Part shown: one piece after another, positions 55,908-64,000 of the stretch
Layout: each line of letters begins with the position of its first letter
How positions within the stretch are numbered: the first letter of the stretch is position 1
Origin: Diplonema japonicum
Taxonomy: Eukaryota > Protista > Euglenozoa: Diplonemea
Assembly: GCA_964019335.1 (NCBI GenBank)
Contig: OZ025676.1
Span: forward strand, 372,001-436,000
Direction: 5' to 3'
Length of the DNA: 64,000 nucleotides
Notes under the pieces: generated by a model
Told to the model about the DNA's origin: nothing
Seen by the model: only the letters and a program-made list of their open reading frames with translations
Databases searched by the model: none
Position numbers and translations under genes: made by a program

Positions 55908-56990
55908 TTATTTCTTTTTCCCCTTCCCCTTCTTGGCCTTCTTTTTGAGGTTGTTCCTCTCCACGAAGCCCCTCCAAAAGGCTTGCACGGTTTTTGCAGA
56001 GTCTTCCAGACGGAGTTTGATGACGGCTTTGTGTTTGAGTCTATCCATTTTGACCTGGTCCTCTTCCATCCAGCGAGCGTTCTCTTCTTCGTACTGTTTG
56101 AGCTCTTCCTCGACCTTTGCGAGCTGGATGGAGTCCACCTCGTGTTCCTTTTGGAGTTTTTCTTTTTCCGCTGCTTTTTGTGTCATTTCTTTGTCGTAGT
56201 CGTTGATGATGGTGGACAGGTTGTTTTCCTTGCGCTTTCTGTCGGCTCGGAACGCAGATTCGTCCTTTTGATTCGCCTCCTTTAGTTTGGAGAGTTCTGT
56301 TTCAAGCGCACTGACCTTTTGTTCTAGCTCTTGTTCGTCCTGGCTTGCTTGCTGCTCTTCTAAGAGCTGCTTCTCTTGAGCTATCCGTTCGTAGTCTGTG
56401 ATGTCCTCGTGCGCCTTCCTTTCGACCTCCTCCAGCTCCTCCATCAGCTTGTGGATCGCCTGGTCTTTGTTCAAGACCTCTGTTTGCCGCAGTTTTCGCT
56501 CAGTAATAAACTCCCGGTTTAGAGCTTTTACATCAGCAGAAGCGTGTTGTTCCCTGCTGACGGTGTCTCTGAGAATCTGTAGTTTTTGATCGTCCTCTTC
56601 AACAGTTGTGCTGAAGTTGTTGTGCATAAGGCCTCTTAGGATCTCGATGACCTTCTGGAATCGGATCACCGACTCGTTTTGCTGTCCGTTTGGGATGTAG
56701 GTGTCCCCGTATCCCGCCCGTTTTAAACCAGTCACAACGCCTACTGTTGTGTTTTGGTGTGCGGACACCTCGCCTGGGTCCATTCCGGTCTCTAGCTTTC
56801 TTTCAACGTCGTAGTGGTGCGACAAGATCTGGCCCATGTCCTCGCCTCGTATCTCCTTTAAATACCGCAGATCCTCCTTTGCGATGTTGCCGTAGAAGGC
56901 CGGCAACCACGACATCAAATCCAACTCTTTCAGTGTTTCATCTAGCACCGTCAGCACTCGTTCTGCTTCTGCTTTGGTCTGCGGGTTCAT
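55908..56990 (-). CDS. DRC10: Dynein regulatory complex subunit 10 (IQCD-like)
   Basis: EAERVLTVLDET..L.L N-terminus, FSTTVEED, long coiled coil, and C-terminal IQ motif VQAFWRG followed by a Lys/Gly tail. Confidence 0.8.
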   Translation of the reverse strand: MNPQTKAEAERVLTVLDETLKELDLMSWLPAFYGNIAKEDLRYLKEIRGEDMGQILSHHYDVERKLETGMDPGEVSAHQNTTVGVVTGLKRAGYGDTYIPNGQQNESVIRFQKVIEILRGLMHNNFSTTVEEDDQKLQILRDTVSREQHASADVKALNREFITERKLRQTEVLNKDQAIHKLMEELEEVERKAHEDITDYERIAQEKQLLEEQQASQDEQELEQKVSALETELSKLKEANQKDESAFRADRKRKENNLSTIINDYDKEMTQKAAEKEKLQKEHEVDSIQLAKVEEELKQYEEENARWMEEDQVKMDRLKHKAVIKLRLEDSAKTVQAFWRGFVERNNLKKKAKKGKGKKK

Positions 56991-58631
56991 TTCCCCCCCC
57001 CCTTTTCCTTTTTTTTTTTTGATTACAGTTTTGCCACGAGACAAAAAAGGAAAAAAAAAATTTCCAATAAAAATAAGGGAGAAACGTAATTTTGAAACCA
57101 AAAAAAGGAAAAAAGAGAGAGAAAAAAAAAAAAAAAAAAAAAAAAAACTGGCACTGGAAAAGATGTAAGCAGCGGGTATGTATCCTTGCTGCTTGAACTT
57201 GCCTTTTTGTGATGTATGAAGTATTGTTTTTTTTTCTCTTTTTTTTTCCCTTCTTCTTTTTGTAAAAGAACTGGTCTCAAAATAAATATTTCTCCCCCCC
57301 AAAAAAAGGTGAAAGGTACCTTTACTTATAAACCTAGAAAGCTTAAAGTGTATTTTCTTTGGGGGTGGGGAACCCCGCAGAGTAGAGCTCCTTGTTGGCC
57401 TTTCCTACCCCCCTCCCCCTTCAACTTTTAGAAATAATAAGATCGGTCAGAATAATTTTTTTAAAAAACAAAAGTGTTAATAATGGAAGATAAGAGAGGT
57501 AGATCGAGGGAGAGACTAGGTTTCTTTTTTTCCTTCTCTTTCTTTCTTCTTATTTATTATATATTAGGTGGGGGAGGGCGTGCATAACTTCTTTTTTTAA
57601 TGTCCTTCTTTTTCTTTTTTCCTCTTCCCACTTCGCCTTTTCACCAGGAGAGGAAGAAGGGAAGAGAAGGAAAAAAAAAAAAAGATGAAACAAAAGTATG
57701 CTGAAGAATAGAATAGATTCCCCTCCTCTTAATTAATTTCTTCTTCTTCTTCTTTTTTTTTTCCCTCGGGGAGACGAAGAAAGAACAAAAAGGAAAATCT
57801 GTACCCCAAGCGTTAGTTGTCCGTTCTCCTTTTCATTATCTCCCCCCCCCCCCCCCATTACATTCTCACTTCACGCTCGATTTGCTTGCTTTAACAATTC
57901 TGCACCTGTCCACTCAAAGAGATTGATCAAATTGATTCACGCCAGACAGTTGCCCACACAAAAAAAAGGGGGGGGAGAAGCACGAAAAATAAATAAAAAA
58001 AGATACTTGACACATGTTTCGGCCCATTTTATTTCGAGTATTTGAAATTAACCCCATCTTCTTCGTTTTTCCCCCCTCTCCTTGCATGCTCTCAACACCA
58101 TAGAGATCCTGGAGGCGGGGGGGGGGGGGTGATTTTTTGCGACGTCACAAATATCGAATAAAACACTGGGGAAAGAGGAAAGGAAAGAAACAAAAATAGA
58201 AAGAAGGGGGGGGGGGGAGTACAAACCTTTTCTTCTTCTCCTCCCCCCCCCCCCCCCCCCCTCTTCTTGCCTACCTTTGCGTTCCTCTTTTGTCACCATT
58301 TTTTTTTTTTTTGCTTTTCTCCGTGAATCTAATCACGGAGATGCGAACAACAACTAAATAACAAAAAACAAAACAAAAAAACACTATGGTTTTTCAAGCC
58401 TTCTTTTGGAAGGGGGGTTGGGTCTTCTCCTTTTTTTTTTTCTTCTTGAAGGGTTGCTACCGTGGCCTTAGTCTCAAAAGGCAGACTATGATGCAACGCC
58501 CTGACAACACGATGAAATGGAGATAAAGAGAAAAGGAATAACATTTTTTTTTTCTTTTTAAAAGGGACAACGGAACCTCATGAGGAAAAATCTTCTTCTT
58601 CTTCGTTCTTTCTTCTACCCCCTACACCGCA

Positions 58632-59579
58632 CTACTGCACATTATCGCCCGTGACAAGAGACGAATGCAGCGCCTCAATATGCTGAGGGAGGATGCCACA
58701 GCAGCCACCTACGTAGAAATTCAAATGTGCACCGCTCTCCGCAGCGGTGCATCTAGTCATGTCGTACCAAGACCTGCATGAAGCGACGAATTCGGGCACA
58801 GCTAGCATGGCAAGGTCCGGGGGTCCGTCCCTATGGTGGTTCCATCCAGAGGGAATGGCTTTTAAAGAATTGGCATAACACCCGGTGTTGGTGATCCCGT
58901 AGTCGTTGCTGAGGTCAAGCAGCTTCCTAAGCGCTGGGGTTGTGGCATCAGGTGTAGAGCAGTTGAACATGACACCCTCATACAGTAGGGTTTTTTTTTG
59001 CAGAAAGTTCAAGGCCGACTCAACTGTCTCGCCGGACCTCAGGCATGCCACCTTGTCGTCGCTCACTGTGTAGCTCAGCATTAACGGTTTTGCTTCCTTC
59101 GCTGCTACTTCACATGGCGCCTGTGTGTTGGCAGCCGATGAGACTGTCTCTGCTATGAACATGTCGACCTTGTGGGATACTTCGCGGGCGATTTTATTGT
59201 ACACTTCACGGGCCTCTTCCAGAGGAGGGACTTCGGGGGAATAGCTTTGTCTCAGCGGCGGCAGAGACAGTGCGACTTTTCCCTTCCCGTTCCTCGCCAC
59301 TGCCGCGCATGCTAGGTCCACGGCGTGTTTCGTTAGATCCGTGCAGCTGAACTCCTTCGCGTTGTTCAGGTACAGCGGCACGCATGCGTAGTTGTTCGTC
59401 GTGACCACAGACGAGCCAGCAGCGAGGTACTCTTCATGCAGCTTTTGCACCTCGGTCCTCCCCTCCTCTGTGGTCAATAGCCTTGCAGACCACAGCGGGT
59501 CCCTTGTCAGCTGCTCCGGGAACCTCATTCTTAAGGCGTTCCCCATCCCACCGTCCATGAGCGTCAGCGTCGAGGACAT
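58632..59579 (-). CDS. Homocysteine S-methyltransferase family protein (MmuM/HMT-like)
   Basis: LMDGGMG, LWSA, HEEYLAAGS.V.TTNNY, AET, FNC and GGCCG zinc ligands. Confidence 0.9.
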   Translation of the reverse strand: MSSTLTLMDGGMGNALRMRFPEQLTRDPLWSARLLTTEEGRTEVQKLHEEYLAAGSSVVTTNNYACVPLYLNNAKEFSCTDLTKHAVDLACAAVARNGKGKVALSLPPLRQSYSPEVPPLEEAREVYNKIAREVSHKVDMFIAETVSSAANTQAPCEVAAKEAKPLMLSYTVSDDKVACLRSGETVESALNFLQKKTLLYEGVMFNCSTPDATTPALRKLLDLSNDYGITNTGCYANSLKAIPSGWNHHRDGPPDLAMLAVPEFVASCRSWYDMTRCTAAESGAHLNFYVGGCCGILPQHIEALHSSLVTGDNVQ

Positions 59580-59978
59580 CTTTGTTGTGTAAACTTGACT
59601 GTGCAGTGGGTTGCTCTCTTATTTTTGTGGTATGATTTTGAATAATAGTAAACGAAATAAAAAAAAAGCCGCCCAGGCAGCTGTTACTAGAAACACAACA
59701 TGTTGTCAAGAATTTAGGACACTCTGGTTGCCCCGCCCAAGGGGACGAGGGCTTTTAAAACAACTAGAAAAAAAGGATGTGAGATCTTGCATCACAAAGT
59801 AAGAAAGAAAGTGAAAATTGAGCAGGGAAGGAAGAGATCCCTCACTTTTTTCATTTTCTTTTTTAGACATCTGTGTTGCTAGGACGTGGAGTACGTAAAA
59901 AGAGAGCGATTGGGGTAGAGAGAGTGGGATCATCACATCATTTTGTTTCACTTCTAAAAGAAGTGTTAAGAGGGGTGC

Positions 59979-61515
<1,537 letters not shown>

Positions 61516-61775
61516 TGTTTTTGTTTTAAGGTTTTTGGTTTTTGTTAAAAGAACTTTGGTGGTGGAACATTTGTATTTGTTGTGTGAAGCAGGTAAAAAA
61601 AGAAAGAAAGAAAGTAAAAATAAACAGTCGATGGATAGAACCACCCCAGCAGCAACATTGCTTTTGCTTTCACTGGTACAAAAAAGGAAGGAATCAGGAA
61701 CACACAAAACACATGAAAAGGGAAGAGAAAAACTCAGAAAGAGGAAGAAGAAGGGTGGGGGGAGGGAGTGCTTGC

Positions 61776-62204
61776 TTATTTCCCCTGGAGCTCGCCACGG
61801 ATGCGCCTGGCGATGTTGAGGTCAAGGTGGTTGAGGGTCTGCTTCTTCCTGTGGATCTGCATCATGACAGCCGCCTGGAAGAGCCCGACCATGTAGCTCT
61901 CTGTTGCCTCCTGCACCGCCTCCAGAGCAGACGGCTTGAAGGACAACCCCGTCTTGTAGTTGTTCATGGTCTCCCTCACCAGCCTCTGGAAGGGTGCCTT
62001 CTGCAGCAGAAGCTTCGAGGTCTTCTGCAGTTTGAAGATCTCACGCAGGGCAACGGTTCCAGGCCTCCACCTCCTCTTCCCCTCGCTGCTCTCCTCCTTC
62101 TTGCTCTTCTTCGACTTCTTCTCCTTCTTCGTCTTCCTGCTCTTCTTCGTCACCTCTCCTGCGGGAGGCCTCCCACCAGTCGACTTCAGGGAAGAGCGCG
62201 GCAT
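61776..62204 (-). CDS. Divergent histone H3 variant, copy 4
   Basis: Identical to 50210-50638. Confidence 0.92.
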   Translation of the reverse strand: MPRSSLKSTGGRPPAGEVTKKSRKTKKEKKSKKSKKEESSEGKRRWRPGTVALREIFKLQKTSKLLLQKAPFQRLVRETMNNYKTGLSFKPSALEAVQEATESYMVGLFQAAVMMQIHRKKQTLNHLDLNIARRIRGELQGK

Positions 62205-62471
62205 TTTTGTGTTTTGAAAAAACTGGGAAGTGGGGTGTGTGTTCGATCTCCGATGAAGGTAGAAAAATCAATAAAAAGTGTAGAAAGCTTCGAAGAAACA
62301 TTATATTATGTTCTGGAACAAACCTTGCCCTTTGATCCTAAAGCTCAAGAGAGCTTGCCAGAAGACACACAGGAGGGCAAAGGGAAGTCAGGAAAAAAGG
62401 TTAGAAGTGAAGTGTGGAGCGAAACGAAAGCTTAACAGTGCATCCTTCCAGAGGGCTAAGGTGGCAATTGC

Positions 62472-62896
62472 TCACCGCCCACCACGGAGCCTGAGAACCA
62501 AATAGAGAGAGTGGACTCCTTCTGGATGTTGTAGTCGGTTGTAATCAGCAAGGGTGCGGTCATTTTCCAACTGCTTCCCTGCGAAGATTAACCTGCTGGT
62601 CAGGGGGAATCCCTTCACATTCTCAATGATGTCAAGGATGATGTTCCCAGTCACGAAGATTTGCATCCCCCCACGGGGCGTTGGACCAGGTGAATTGTGG
62701 ACTCCTTCTGGTCGATGTTGTAGTCGGCAAGGGTACGGCCATCCTCAAGCTGCTTCCCTGCAAAGATCAACCTCTGCTGGTCAGGGGGAATCCCCTCCTT
62801 GTCCTGGATATTCGCCTTCACGTTCTCAATCGTATCATTAAACTCCACCTCAAGGGTGATGGTCTTCCCAGTCAAGGTCTTCACGAAGATCTGCAT
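62472..62896 (-). pseudogene. Degenerate polyubiquitin pseudogene, copy 2
   Basis: Identical to 50906-51330. Confidence 0.9.
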
Positions 62897-62982
62897 GTTT
62901 GTGTAGGTTGTGTCTCTGTGGTGTGTTGCTGTTTGTCCCATCCCAAAGCCAACCCAATGTGTGAGCCCAAAAGCCCTCCCAT

Positions 62983-63068
62983 TGTGATCAGTAGACCATC
63001 GTGAACGTTACTGCTTCCTAAGTCATGGTCGGTCAGAGAGCTGGGTTAGTATTGCGTCATCATGCTAA
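62983..63068 (-). ncRNA. C/D-box snoRNA (Cm2948/Cm2959-equivalent guide), copy 4
   Basis: Identical to 34783-34868. Confidence 0.88.
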
Positions 63069-63269
63069 AGGGCTACCGTTGGACAATTTCTTCCAATGTT
63101 TTTTCTCGCTTTAGAGATCCGTTCAAGAAGAAGAAAAAGAAAGTGCAAATGAGCTGGATATTTCATTGATCGTATCGTCCGCTAAAAATTTTATTTCTTT
63201 TCCCCCTCTCTCTTTATTCTTTTTACGAGGGGGTTGCAGAATCGAAAATGCGGTGTCCATAATGTATTG

Positions 63270-63352
63270 CAGTATCAGTAGGGGAAAGGAATAAGGGGCT
63301 AACCCCTCTCTTCCACTCAAATTGCAAATAAGAATATATATCATCATCGTGA
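63270..63352 (-). ncRNA. Candidate C/D-box snoRNA, duplicate of 51704-51786
   Basis: Same boxes and guide. Confidence 0.45.
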
Positions 63353-63468
63353 TAGATTCCGAGACGTGAATGCCGACCGGAGAGGTGTGCCCCGCTTTGT
63401 CCCGAGCCCTAATATAAAGTAAGGCTAAAACCCTATGACGCAGGCTCCAGTGGAGTCGTGTCTCCCAT

Positions 63469-63554
63469 TGTGATCAGTAGACCATCGTGAACGTTACTGC
63501 TTCCTAAGTCATGGTCGGTCAGAGAGCTGGGTTAGTATTGCGTCATCATGCTAA
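63469..63554 (-). ncRNA. C/D-box snoRNA (Cm2948/Cm2959-equivalent guide), copy 5
   Basis: Identical to 34783-34868. Confidence 0.88.
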
Positions 63555-63922
63555 AGGTGCAGTGTTACACACAGCTCCACCACAACTACCACGAATCAAG
63601 CACCCTCTTGGCGAAATGGGTTTGCACTTCTATGTTGTTCATATACTGTCACAAACAAAGAGATAAATACGAAAAAGAAAAAGAAAAAAAAGGGAACAAG
63701 ATATTGTGTGAAACCAGACCTCACCAGTGACCCTCTCCTGCAAAGCTCGTAAGCCACACAGAGAGCTAGCCCAAGTGGACATTACAACAGGGAGGGTAAT
63801 AGGAAGTAAAGGGAAGTCGGGATAAAGGTTAGAAATCTTTAAAAAGAAAAAAGAAAAAGAATAAAAACAGCAGGGTTTAGAGAGGTGCTTACTCACAATT
63901 GTAAATACTGAGATACTGCTGC

Positions 63923-64000
63923 TCACTGCCCACCACGGAGCCTCAGAACCAAGTGAAGGGTGGACTCCTTCTGAATGTTGTAGTCAGCAAGGGTGCGACC
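63923..64000 (-). CDS. 3' end of another polyubiquitin gene (truncated by the window)
   Basis: Encodes [25 protein letters not shown]; identical to 52357-52434. Confidence 0.9.
   Translation of the reverse strand, partial: GRTLADYNIQKESTLHLVLRLRGGQ

Overview
Eukaryotic nuclear DNA, probably from a euglenozoan protist and most likely a diplonemid (inference). Every host gene is on the minus strand as one directional cluster with long pyrimidine tracts upstream of the starts, yet several genes carry tiny 37-49 nt GT-AG cis-introns. In order: decayed piggyBac; Cache/HAMP/pseudo-cyclase/STE receptor kinase; VPS33; two RPS5 genes; an alpha/beta-hydrolase; a probable RIF1; a 4137-aa GP63-like/EGF/VWD/GPS membrane protein; a lipidated RING-H2 ligase; a Mutator-like TIR element; a TruD-like gene; an SCY1-like gene whose intron hosts a tRNA-Glu gene and a retrotransposon; kelch; ALY/REF; DRC10; a homocysteine S-methyltransferase. 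The main result is a set of repeated cassettes encoding a complete, highly divergent core-histone set (H2A, H2B, H3 x4, H4 x2). These histones show apparently compensatory interface changes and Lys-rich/SPK(K) tails. They are interleaved with polyubiquitin, cathepsin L and C/D-box snoRNAs. One block is duplicated apparently exactly at an 11,566-bp offset. All calls come from manual reading and remembered family motifs; no searches were run.
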